The translations under genes were made by a program, and so were the position numbers. A DNA stretch of 64,000 nt, taken from contig CAZRSW010000002.1 of NCBI GenBank assembly GCA_964602845.1, positions 3,373 through 67,372 of the forward strand, in the 5' to 3' direction. Below the pieces are notes generated by a model. It saw only the letters and a list, made by a program, of their open reading frames with translations. It was not told where the DNA came from and searched no databases. Source of the stretch: an uncultured Dehalococcoidia bacterium. Lineage in GTDB: Bacteria; Chloroflexota; Dehalococcoidia; Lucifugimonadales; UBA826. Of this stretch, positions 41,710 to 50,606 are shown piece by piece. Each line of letters starts with the position of its first letter. Position 1 is the first letter of the stretch.

Positions 41710-42126
41710 CTACGTCGCCGGTTTAAATAAAGGCAGAGAAATCTCTTCTTCACCTTGATCTAGCCAAAATATCTTTACTTTCATACCACATGACAGCTGC
41801 CCTATCGGATCAGCTACCCCTACTACATTAGTCAAGATCCGGAATCCTTCATTTAAATCTACATAAGCCACCGCATAAGCCCCCAAATCTTTGAAGGCTA
41901 TATGCCTATTCTGCAAAACGACACTGTAAGTGTAGATAACCCCTTCACCTCGAGAAGTATGCCAAGAAGAATCGAGGGCGCCACAGGAATAGCAATGTGC
42001 ACGCGGATAGAAAATTACGTTGTTGCAAGCGTTACAAATCTGATACTTAAGCTCTTTCTTTCTCGTCGCGTCCCAAAACGGTTGAGTATCCGGTTCTGGA
42101 AACCTGGGCTGTGGCCTTAAAATCAT
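41710..42126 (-). CDS. DUF35 Zn-ribbon/OB-fold protein
   Basis: Rubredoxin-like CNAC...CYSC followed by an OB-fold segment. It lies 11 nt downstream of a thiolase-like gene. Confidence 0.85.
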   Translation of the reverse strand: MILRPQPRFPEPDTQPFWDATRKKELKYQICNACNNVIFYPRAHCYSCGALDSSWHTSRGEGVIYTYSVVLQNRHIAFKDLGAYAVAYVDLNEGFRILTNVVGVADPIGQLSCGMKVKIFWLDQGEEEISLPLFKPAT

Positions 42127-42137
42127 TACATGAACTC

Positions 42138-43328
42138 CTAATCTGCTGCCAAAATTGTAACTCCCGTGGCATGCCGTGTACCTAACGCTCCCCCATTCCC
42201 CACTGCCACTGCAAGACGAGCACCCTCTACTTGAGACGTAGACTCCCCTCTAAGTTGCCTAACAGACTCTATGAGGAGAAATATTCCTCTCTCGCCAGGA
42301 TGATTCGATGATAAGCCCCCTCCATCTGTGTTAAGGGCAGGTCTTCTAGGATCATCAAACTTCAAGTGCCCTTGACTTACATAGTCTCCACCTTCTCCTT
42401 TTGAACAAAATCCCAAATCCTCAATCATGCACATCGCCGTAATAGAGAAAGAATCATAAGCCATCAAGACATCTATTTCCTGCGGGCTAACGCCGGCATC
42501 TTCGAAAGCACGGGGACCAGATTGTGCGCCAGCCGTCACCGTGATATCACCCTTGTTCTCCCTGTATTTTGTAGCCTCAGCCCCGCCAATTATCCATACA
42601 GGCTTGACTCGACAATTCCGTGCTACTTCCGGAGAAGCGATGACAACCGCCCCACCACCATCTGAAACCATACAGCACTCCAGCAGATGAAGCGGCCATG
42701 CGATAAGACGAGATTCTGTTACATCTTGAACTGTGATCTCGTTTACCCCTACAAACTCAAGATCCATCATCCCTTTTACAGCCTCAGGATTGCGCATAGC
42801 ATGAAACCTAGTAACAACCGATATCTCCGCAAACTGATCATCAGTTGTTCCATATTGGTACATATGTCTGGCTTTCACCATCCCATAGTTTGAAATCAAG
42901 GTCATGCCCCAGGGATCTTCCATGTTATTAAAAGGATTAGGACTACCGATTCCTGTCGCACCTCCTGTGCCTATTGCTCGTCGATCAGAATGTGCGCTAG
43001 ATCCATAAGTGAGAACAGCAACATTTGCCTTACCTGCGGCTATCATAGACGCTGCATGATTGGCGTGAAACTCATATGACGTCCCGCCAACTGACGTGTT
43101 ATCGATAAAACGAGGTTTCCAACCTAAATATTCTGATATGCCAAGACCTCCCACGTTCTGGTGAGTTCCCGTGTCAAAGACTGCATCAACATCATTCCAT
43201 GCTAGGCCAGCATCCTCTAATGCACGAGCAGCCGACGCAGCTTTTATCTGAAGTGCACTCACCCCCGGAACCACTCGAAGAGGGTATTCATATACTCCCA
43301 CCACAGCGGCATCACGTCTTTGCGACAT
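42138..43328 (-). CDS. Thiolase-like (SCP2/Ltp-type) protein lacking the nucleophile cysteine
   Basis: Thiolase-fold motifs (VSDGGGAVV, YDSFSI, NTDGGGLSSNHPGERG, QLRGE). ATG 43328 is preceded by GAGGAGGA. There is no Cys anywhere in the first ~205 residues counted from this start (~225 from the track start 43385). Confidence 0.85.
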   Translation of the reverse strand: MSQRRDAAVVGVYEYPLRVVPGVSALQIKAASAARALEDAGLAWNDVDAVFDTGTHQNVGGLGISEYLGWKPRFIDNTSVGGTSYEFHANHAASMIAAGKANVAVLTYGSSAHSDRRAIGTGGATGIGSPNPFNNMEDPWGMTLISNYGMVKARHMYQYGTTDDQFAEISVVTRFHAMRNPEAVKGMMDLEFVGVNEITVQDVTESRLIAWPLHLLECCMVSDGGGAVVIASPEVARNCRVKPVWIIGGAEATKYRENKGDITVTAGAQSGPRAFEDAGVSPQEIDVLMAYDSFSITAMCMIEDLGFCSKGEGGDYVSQGHLKFDDPRRPALNTDGGGLSSNHPGERGIFLLIESVRQLRGESTSQVEGARLAVAVGNGGALGTRHATGVTILAAD

Positions 43329-43577
43329 AATCTTGTCCTCCTCTAAAAGCCTTTGTATGAATACCTGCGAACTTAGCATAGGCAATATAAGTCGTCAACG
43401 AACAAGGTTTCACATTAGCGTTCAAGGTTGTGAAGAGAGGACAGATAACCAGGGGTACGGCAAAAACTTAGCACTCATCTCAAAATGGCATCATAACCTG
43501 TAAATTATTAATTCTATCCGCTAAAACAACCTCTGCTAAAGTTGCATCTCCATATCCCATTAGTATATTTTTCTGAT

Positions 43578-44192
43578 ATGTTAATTGGCATACTTTCAGA
43601 CACACATTTGCCAGGTAGAATCCGCTCTCTCGATGAGTTGGGCCCACAGCCATCGAGATTTTTTGCCAAAGTGGACTTAATCCTCCACAGCGGTGACTTA
43701 ACTTCACCAATAGTCCTAGATTGGTGTGAGAAATTCGCCCCGGTTCTCTGCTCTGCAGGTAACAACGATCCTATCAAAGATCATCGTATGACTGATGTGG
43801 TTACACTCAATGAATCCGGTTGGTCCATCGGGATGAGACACAGTTTGGAGGGTCAGTCACGACCCATAGCAGACTTACAGCGCTTGTTTCCTAGCGCTGT
43901 CGACATCATGATTTCCGGACACACACATCAAGAACGTCTGGAATATAGAGACAACGTTGTACTGATTAATACGGGAAGTATTACATTTCCACAACATAAA
44001 GAGGTGCGGCTGGGGACGGTTGGTCTCTTAGACCTAGAAAGAGACGTATTACGAGCAGAGATCATACCTCTGGGTCACAGTGCCGGCAGCCCTAATCCAG
44101 GGACCCCTATGGCAATAGAAATCAATACAGGCGAAGTACCAAAAACCCGTGGGCCAGTAATAGTAATGGGAGATAACCCATTAAACGCCTAA
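43578..44192 (+). CDS. Metallophosphoesterase (YfcE/MJ0936-like)
   Basis: ILSDTH, HSGD, GNND and GHTH motifs. The start is either ATG 43578 or the track TTG 43542. Confidence 0.8.
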   Translation: MLIGILSDTHLPGRIRSLDELGPQPSRFFAKVDLILHSGDLTSPIVLDWCEKFAPVLCSAGNNDPIKDHRMTDVVTLNESGWSIGMRHSLEGQSRPIADLQRLFPSAVDIMISGHTHQERLEYRDNVVLINTGSITFPQHKEVRLGTVGLLDLERDVLRAEIIPLGHSAGSPNPGTPMAIEINTGEVPKTRGPVIVMGDNPLNA

Positions 44193-44211
44193 TAGCAACA
44201 ATAATGACGAG

Positions 44212-44640
44212 CTATTCTAATATAGAGAAACTAATTTCCGATATGTTGCCATTAGAATCTATCATAAAGAAATTAACAATCGGATTGTCTCCTTCCAGAG
44301 AAATCAATACATAGCGGAAGTCAGTCCAACCTGATTCCAGGGCCATACGCACATCAGTAGCGGAGGGATATGCTGGGGTATGGGTATGCGAATGATAAAA
44401 CGCTACCAACTCTGTGCCCTTTCTGTCCGAATCTAGCTGCGCTTCCAGCTGTTCAGCTGGATCCATGACATATCTATATGGGCTTGGTGTGGAGTTGGTT
44501 ATTTTGTACAAATCAGACACCCTTACACCAGGGTTGTCATCACTTTCATAACCAGCCAAGATCCCACAGCATTCGTTAGGGTCTTCCTCTAACGCATGAT
44601 CAATCATTTCATTAATGTGTCGTCTTTCGATACAGATCAA
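44212..44640 (-). CDS. JAMM/MPN+ family metalloprotease (Mov34/PAD-1)
   Basis: An upstream conserved E (EECCG) and the JAMM motif HSHTHTPAYPSATD (H-x-H-x7-S-x2-D). The TTG start is preceded by AGGAG. Confidence 0.85.
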   Translation of the reverse strand: MICIERRHINEMIDHALEEDPNECCGILAGYESDDNPGVRVSDLYKITNSTPSPYRYVMDPAEQLEAQLDSDRKGTELVAFYHSHTHTPAYPSATDVRMALESGWTDFRYVLISLEGDNPIVNFFMIDSNGNISEISFSILE

Positions 44641-44783
44641 CCAGCACTCCTGCGAGTAAGAAAATTTGTTACCTTGTTTATCAGCCTAACAAAACCACTT
44701 ACGCGTTTCCGACTTCTTACATCAGAGCATGCGACACAAGTGCAGGCAGGAGGATGGTCATAGTACCAGTTAGCACGACTCAT
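44637..44783 (-). CDS. Unannotated 48-codon Cys-rich small ORF, translationally coupled to the JAMM gene
   Basis: ATG 44783 is preceded by AGGAG with a 6-nt spacing. My translation is MSRANWYYDHPPACTCVACSDVRSRKRVSGFVRLINKVTNFLTRRSAG. Its TGA (44639-44637) overlaps the JAMM TTG start (44640-44638). It is below the 60-aa cutoff of the track. Confidence 0.45.
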   Translation of the reverse strand: MSRANWYYDHPPACTCVACSDVRSRKRVSGFVRLINKVTNFLTRRSAG

Positions 44784-44846
44784 GAATTGCTCCTGTTAAA
44801 TAATCTTTGTTTGATCCGGAATGTATATCTATCAAACCAATTTTCT

Positions 44847-45335
44847 CTATTTGTCTCTCTTTATGCTATCGGTAAATCCTACTTGCCGCCATGCTTCATA
44901 AACAACCACAGCAACAGAGTTAGATAGGTTCATACACCTGTTACCAGGCGCCATCGGTATGGTCAGTCTCCTACCCCGATGTATCGTTTTCATGATGTCA
45001 TCTGGTAGCCCGCAAGACTCGGGCCCAAAAATAAATGTGTCTCCAGGGCGGTATGATGGATCTGTGTAGTTTGTATCGTTCCATGAAGATGTACCAAATA
45101 ACCGCCTACTGGGATATTGATTGATGTATTCATTCAATGAATCATGCTCAGTAACAACAGTAAGATCCGAATAATCCAATGCGGCTCTCTTTAGTTTGGA
45201 TTCCGATAGATTAAATCCTAGGGGCCTTATAAGATGGAGCTCTGCACCGATATTTGCACACAACCTTATTATGTTACCCGTGTTATAAGGAATTTCTGGC
45301 CTATATAGAACGATATGGAAAAAACAGTCAGTCAC
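44847..45335 (-). CDS. trmL: tRNA (cytidine/uridine-34 2'-O)-methyltransferase TrmL (SpoU family)
   Basis: IVLYRPEIPYNTGNIIRLCANIGAELHLI and the C-terminal SLNLSNSVAVVVYEA-like knot motif. Length 162 aa. Confidence 0.9.
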   Translation of the reverse strand: MTDCFFHIVLYRPEIPYNTGNIIRLCANIGAELHLIRPLGFNLSESKLKRAALDYSDLTVVTEHDSLNEYINQYPSRRLFGTSSWNDTNYTDPSYRPGDTFIFGPESCGLPDDIMKTIHRGRRLTIPMAPGNRCMNLSNSVAVVVYEAWRQVGFTDSIKRDK

Positions 45336-45497
45336 TTCTTATTCATTATATTACAGCCTCTTACCAATAGCTGACTTGCAAGTATAATCAATATGCCATA
45401 TCCATCATCGCCTGTTACAACCATCGACTAAATATGGCACAATAGGGCTTTCACTTGTTTATGTTCATAAAATTTGGACTCACCGAAAGGAATACTC

Positions 45498-46445
45498 ATG
45501 GCAAACTTTTTGGACGGTAAAGTAGCAATTGTCACTGGCGCAGGAAGAGGAATCGGGGCAGGAGTAGCGAAACTTCTAGCCTCTGAAGGAGCTAAGGTTG
45601 TTGTTAACGATCTTGGGGTCGCATTGGATGGCGACGGATCATCAGATACACCTGCCGGACAAATCGCCGAAGAAATTATTCAGGCTGGAGGCACAGCCGT
45701 ACCAGATTTTACGGATATTTCCCTAATGCAGGGCGGCGAAAATATCGTACGGTCAGCTCTAGATAATTTTGGCCAACTAGATATAGTAGTCACCGTGGCA
45801 GGCATCTTACGAGATCGAATGATCTTCAACATGACTGAGCAAGAATGGGATGACGTTATTAGGGTACACCTAAAAGGTACCTTCACTGTCTGCAAATATG
45901 CCTCGATTCTATATAGGCAGCAACGCAGCGGCAGGATCATTACCTTCGCCTCAGAATCAGGCCTATTCGGTAACACCGGTCAAGCCAACTACGCAGCAGC
46001 AAAGTCTGGAATAGCTGGATTCACAAAGGTGCTTGCCCGAGACCTAGGACGATACGGAGTGACAGCAAATTCTATTTGCCCCAGGGCTAATACCAGAATG
46101 GCCGAATCCGTACCTGATCTGGCCAGGCAGCTTCGCTCTAACCGGCCCGCCGACAGAGAACACGTACCTCAAGCCAGCGAAATGAGCCCAGATGACATAG
46201 CACCAATGGTTGCCTACCTTGCTAGTGACAAAGCATCCAACATAAACGGACAAACTTTCCTGGTTTACGGAGGCACAATAACTCGCCTCAGCCAGCCTAG
46301 GAAAGTCAAAACTATTTTTAAAAGAGGCCGCTGGGAACTTGATGAACTAAGGGAACTCGTACCACAGGCGATTACTACCAATTTAGTAAATCCCTCCCCT
46401 CCACGACAAGCAAAGACACCCGCGAATACTGAGAAGGCGAACTAG
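45498..46445 (+). CDS. SDR oxidoreductase, MFE-2/Hsd4A-like dehydrogenase domain (paralogue 1)
   Basis: GKVAIVTGAGRGIG, VNDLG, GILRDRMIFNMTEQEWDDVIRVHLKG and YAAAKSG. ATG 45498 is preceded by AAAGGAA. Confidence 0.85.
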   Translation: MANFLDGKVAIVTGAGRGIGAGVAKLLASEGAKVVVNDLGVALDGDGSSDTPAGQIAEEIIQAGGTAVPDFTDISLMQGGENIVRSALDNFGQLDIVVTVAGILRDRMIFNMTEQEWDDVIRVHLKGTFTVCKYASILYRQQRSGRIITFASESGLFGNTGQANYAAAKSGIAGFTKVLARDLGRYGVTANSICPRANTRMAESVPDLARQLRSNRPADREHVPQASEMSPDDIAPMVAYLASDKASNINGQTFLVYGGTITRLSQPRKVKTIFKRGRWELDELRELVPQAITTNLVNPSPPRQAKTPANTEKAN

Positions 46446-46461
46446 ATTAGGAGATATACAA

Positions 46462-47391
46462 ATGTCGAACTTACTGAGCAACAAGGTCGCGATAATAACA
46501 GGTTCTGGCAGAGGAATAGGAAGGGGTATAGCCCGACTAATGGCATCTGAAGGCGCTTCTGTAGTCGTTAACGATCTTGGTAGTTCAGTGGATGGATCAG
46601 GGGATTCGATAGCGCCTGCAGACGAAGTGGTTGAAGAGATTAGGTCGCTTGGAGGTCAGGCTGTCGCGAATTATGATTCTGTCACTACAATGGATGGTGG
46701 TGAAAACATTATAAGGTCGGCTCTGGACAACTTTGGCAAACTGGACATTGTAGTGACCCCAGCTGGAATATTGAGAGATCGAATGATATTCAACATGACT
46801 GAGGAGGAGTGGGACGATGTCATCGCAGTCCACCTAAAGGGTACTTTCTCCGTAGTAAAGCCTGCCAGTGTACTTTTTAGGCAACAAAAAAGCGGCGTGG
46901 TTATTACTTTTTCATCCGTGTCTGGTCTTTTTGGAACGTCAGGTCAATCCAACTATGGAGCAGCTAAAGACGGAATAGCAGGATTCACAAGAGCCGTGGC
47001 GAGGGATCTAGGAAGATACGGTTGCAGGGTAAATAGCATTTCACCAGGGGCTGACTCTCGCATGACGGCGACGGTCCCCCAATCCGCAAGAGATATTCGG
47101 GCAGCGTCAGGAATAGACATCTCCTCACCTCAGCAATCCTTGGAACTAAATCGGGAGCCGGATGATGTAGCACCGATGGTAGTGTGGTTAGCCTCCGATG
47201 AAGCTAAAGATGTCAATGGTTACGTTTTCCACTGCCAGGGCGGAAGCATTTCCCTGATGAACAATCCCACAGAGGAAAGGTCCATGCGGAAAAATGGTCG
47301 TTGGACCGTCGAGGAAATAGACGCCGTATTCCCCGGAACCCTCGGTATGGATATGGGCAACCCCGCCCCTCCACAAGAACCGAGAAAATGA
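46462..47391 (+). CDS. SDR oxidoreductase, MFE-2/Hsd4A-like dehydrogenase domain (paralogue 2)
   Basis: Collinear with the preceding gene over its whole length (GILRDRMIFNMTEEEWDDVIAVHLKG, YGAAKDG). AGGAG lies upstream of the ATG. Confidence 0.85.
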   Translation: MSNLLSNKVAIITGSGRGIGRGIARLMASEGASVVVNDLGSSVDGSGDSIAPADEVVEEIRSLGGQAVANYDSVTTMDGGENIIRSALDNFGKLDIVVTPAGILRDRMIFNMTEEEWDDVIAVHLKGTFSVVKPASVLFRQQKSGVVITFSSVSGLFGTSGQSNYGAAKDGIAGFTRAVARDLGRYGCRVNSISPGADSRMTATVPQSARDIRAASGIDISSPQQSLELNREPDDVAPMVVWLASDEAKDVNGYVFHCQGGSISLMNNPTEERSMRKNGRWTVEEIDAVFPGTLGMDMGNPAPPQEPRK

Positions 47392-47488
47392 CCATCACTG
47401 AAACACAGATGCCTCTATCTGAATAGTCAAATAGGCTATTTTTTAACTTAGGTAAAGCTCACTCAATGCAAATCTGATACACAACTCA

Positions 47489-48955
47489 TCATTCAGTAAG
47501 AATCGTAACCGTCTTTATCCTATCACCCGCCGGTCCTCCGTTCTCAGGATCTCGAGGTGTGAGGTTCTCAATCGCAGTCATACCACTTAAAACCCTTCCG
47601 AAGACAGTATGGCAGGACATACCTCTAATACCACAATTCTTTAAAGTATTGTCCGGCATAAATCCATCCAGAAAAGGTGTGGCTTTATAGGTGATAAAAA
47701 ACTGGCTTCCATTAGTCGCTCTACCATTTCGCATTCCCGAGTTGGCCATAGATAATACTCCTGAACTGTCATGTCGCGCTTCTAGATGAAACTCATTCCT
47801 AAAGGCATACCCCGGACCTCCCCGGCCAGTACCTGTCGGATCACCGCCCTGAGCCATAAACCCTGGTATAACACGATGGAATGTAGTTCCATCGTAGAAA
47901 CCTTTCTTTGCCAAGAATACAAAATTGTTAACAGTGTACGGAGCATATTCCTCTAATAAGTCAACTAATATCTCCCCGCCATCCGACAACTTTATTATCG
48001 CCCGATAGTCCGTCTCTTTTTCTATCTCCATTTTAGGAGGAAATGCGTATCTCATTTTTTCACCAGCAGGAATTTTGGGCTTCGCTATCACCATTACCTC
48101 CCCCACATTAGATATTGACATTGCTATATCAACTGCAACATCTACACTTTTCAGGTTTGTATTTGTCGTAACAGGACCACCTTTCACCTTACCTTCAAAG
48201 GATACGCTCTTAACGATGTCACTTTTTACAGAACCCGATATGCGAACAACCAAATGACCTTCAGACTTCCGCAGCACAGGTATTACTGATCCCAATGCAT
48301 ATGCCGGCACTTTACCCGAGATCTCGAAAAGTGTTTCATCTTTCTGTAATGCAAGCCCTGCTTCCTCCATATGGGAACCAATCAAGTCAATTAAATATGG
48401 GGGGCTGATTACCTTATGTTCCTCTGAATACTCCATCCAAACCTGATCGTTTTCCCCTTTCCGGTACGTCATATCATCAATTATTACCACACTAAATCTT
48501 TGCTGTTCACCACGGCCATCAAGCATTTCTATTGTGCCTCGAAAATCTGATCCATTCCCCACATCTCCGGACATCCTGAAAGGAGCGGACTGCTTGAAAC
48601 CCTCGAAATTAATTTCGACATCAGCGGTTAACTGACTTCGATAAAACAAATGGGCGTCAAGAACGTTACTTATACCATCAATGATCTTCTTTGATGAGGT
48701 GGCGCTAGGGGATTCAGTGCTCAGCATTCCAGCTGGAGATTGGTCTCTCTCAAGCCTTGGTGCACGATCAGGTTCAAGCACACGTGTAGCAGTTGCCACA
48801 TCGACAGGGGCTACTACGTCATCCTTATTTTGCTTCTCCTGTGATTCCACTACAACAGTCCCCGACTTGCCAACAGCTGAGCAAGAAGAAGTCACCACTA
48901 CGAATAACAGTGGCAAAAAAAATGCCCCCATCCAAGCAATGCACATGTTAACCAT
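47489..48955 (-). CDS. Secreted/lipoprotein-type cyclophilin peptidyl-prolyl isomerase with a ~300-aa unknown N-terminal domain
   Basis: Hydrophobic N-terminus ending in the lipobox-like VVTSSC. The C-terminal third carries cyclophilin motifs FHRVIPGFMAQGGDPTGTGRGGPGY and SMANSG...NGSQFFIT. Confidence 0.85.
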   Translation of the reverse strand: MVNMCIAWMGAFFLPLLFVVVTSSCSAVGKSGTVVVESQEKQNKDDVVAPVDVATATRVLEPDRAPRLERDQSPAGMLSTESPSATSSKKIIDGISNVLDAHLFYRSQLTADVEINFEGFKQSAPFRMSGDVGNGSDFRGTIEMLDGRGEQQRFSVVIIDDMTYRKGENDQVWMEYSEEHKVISPPYLIDLIGSHMEEAGLALQKDETLFEISGKVPAYALGSVIPVLRKSEGHLVVRISGSVKSDIVKSVSFEGKVKGGPVTTNTNLKSVDVAVDIAMSISNVGEVMVIAKPKIPAGEKMRYAFPPKMEIEKETDYRAIIKLSDGGEILVDLLEEYAPYTVNNFVFLAKKGFYDGTTFHRVIPGFMAQGGDPTGTGRGGPGYAFRNEFHLEARHDSSGVLSMANSGMRNGRATNGSQFFITYKATPFLDGFMPDNTLKNCGIRGMSCHTVFGRVLSGMTAIENLTPRDPENGGPAGDRIKTVTILTE

Positions 48956-49322
48956 ATATAAACCTTATTAAGATAAGCCAAACTTCTTCAGGCACTAATT
49001 TTAAATTGACTGGCAAAAGCAAGTTATGAAATCATAATACCTGTGATCAGATGAACATAAAGATTGGTAATTAGAGTGAGCTGGTTTTTGCCTGAACTTC
49101 GTATATGTACGAGACCATCAACAAGCAAAGTTTGAAATTGGTCTTATATTTACTTTGGATGAAAGCCCCGGTAGTCCTCACAAAGAAAGGACCACTGTAG
49201 GCCAAACCTTCCTAGAGTATACCGCACCCTTACAAACCACGGATAAATCTTGCGTAAACCATATAGCTGAAATCACAAGATACGGACCCTTTCACATACA
49301 AATCTGGGAGTAGGTAAAGTAG

Positions 49323-50237
49323 ATGTTGATCGATAATTTTGAAGGCATGCACTGGATGTTAGCGACACCATTCCATGAGGATGAGGAATTAGATAAAGAT
49401 TCCATCCGGTCTCTCGTTGAACAAGCAAGGAAGGCCAACTGCACAGGAGTGGTAGGCTTGGGAGTGATGGGTGAAAGTTCCCGATTAAGCGACTCCGAAA
49501 GAACACAAGTAGCGGAAGAGATATTTTATGCGGCGGGTAATCTACCGGTCACTATAGGGACTACGTCTGATAGCACTAAAGTGGCAATAGATCGGAGCAA
49601 GGAAGCTGAACGCATGGGGGCATCCGCCGTGATGATAGCACCGCCACCAATGCTCAAACCCAACTTAGATACTCTACTTTTATTCTACGCAAAGGTGGGG
49701 GATTCCATATCAATACCGATAATTTTGCAGGATTACCCACAAATATCTGGAATACATTTGCCGGTACATTTCATTGCCGAAGTAGCCAGTAAAGTGCCAA
49801 ATATAAGATTTATCAAACTTGAGGACCCACCTACACCAACAAAGATCACTGGGATAATTAATCTCACCGATGATCGATTAGGCATATTCGGAGGCCTGGG
49901 AGGAGTCTTTTTGCTAGATGAGCTAAAACGCGGTTCCATCGGCGCAATGACAGGATTCGCTTTCCCCGAAATTCTTGTTCAGCTGTGCCAACTTGTAAAG
50001 GGGGGCCGTCAGCGTGAAGCCGAACGGATATTTTATAAATATCTACCGTTGATCCAATTCGAACAACAGGAAGGTATTGGATTGGGAATAAGGAAAGCTG
50101 GTTTAGAGTACAGGGGATTGATAAAAAGTCCTATGGTTCGCCATCCAGGCAGCTCCGTGTCAGATCAAACTCGCAAAGAATTGCTAAAACTGATCTCGGA
50201 TTTAAACCTAGATCAAGCTATCCCTGACCTATATTAA
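49323..50237 (+). CDS. Dihydrodipicolinate synthase/N-acetylneuraminate lyase family protein
   Basis: DapA-family pattern (GVVGLGVMGESSRLS, IILQDYP, IKLED). Confidence 0.75.
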   Translation: MLIDNFEGMHWMLATPFHEDEELDKDSIRSLVEQARKANCTGVVGLGVMGESSRLSDSERTQVAEEIFYAAGNLPVTIGTTSDSTKVAIDRSKEAERMGASAVMIAPPPMLKPNLDTLLLFYAKVGDSISIPIILQDYPQISGIHLPVHFIAEVASKVPNIRFIKLEDPPTPTKITGIINLTDDRLGIFGGLGGVFLLDELKRGSIGAMTGFAFPEILVQLCQLVKGGRQREAERIFYKYLPLIQFEQQEGIGLGIRKAGLEYRGLIKSPMVRHPGSSVSDQTRKELLKLISDLNLDQAIPDLY

Positions 50238-50263
50238 TGCACAGGTACCATACTTAGCCAAAA

Positions 50264-50575
50264 TCACTCCACGGAACTAAGAGGATTCACAGTAACTCTA
50301 CTCATTGGTGTGTCTCTTGTATTACGGAATTGGTGCTCAACATCAGCTGGAACCAGTACACAATCACCTTTTTCGATTGCATACTCTTGATCACCACACA
50401 AAAGGACTCCTGAACCCTCCGTTATAAACGCCTGATGTTCCCATGGATGCGTATGGCAGGGAGATGATTCCCCCGGGGCATGTTGAACATACAACATAAC
50501 ATAATTAGGCACACCATCAGTCTTGCCCAATATAGGATTTTCGTAATCCTTAAAATTCTTTATCACTGGCTCCAT
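50264..50575 (-). CDS. Cupin domain protein
   Basis: 103 aa with the two cupin motifs (HTHPWEH ... GDCVLVPADVEH). Confidence 0.7.
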   Translation of the reverse strand: MEPVIKNFKDYENPILGKTDGVPNYVMLYVQHAPGESSPCHTHPWEHQAFITEGSGVLLCGDQEYAIEKGDCVLVPADVEHQFRNTRDTPMSRVTVNPLSSVE

Positions 50576-50606
50576 GTCAAATCTCCTAATCCGTTCCTTA
50601 ATTTAA

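Noticed and set aside
44637-44783. Interpreting the small ORF next to the JAMM gene as a ThiS/MoaD/CysO ubiquitin-like protein
   Set aside because: It is too short (48 aa) for a beta-grasp fold and ends in SAG, not GG. No E1-like (ThiF/MoeB) gene is nearby. The ORF itself is kept as a candidate of unknown type.
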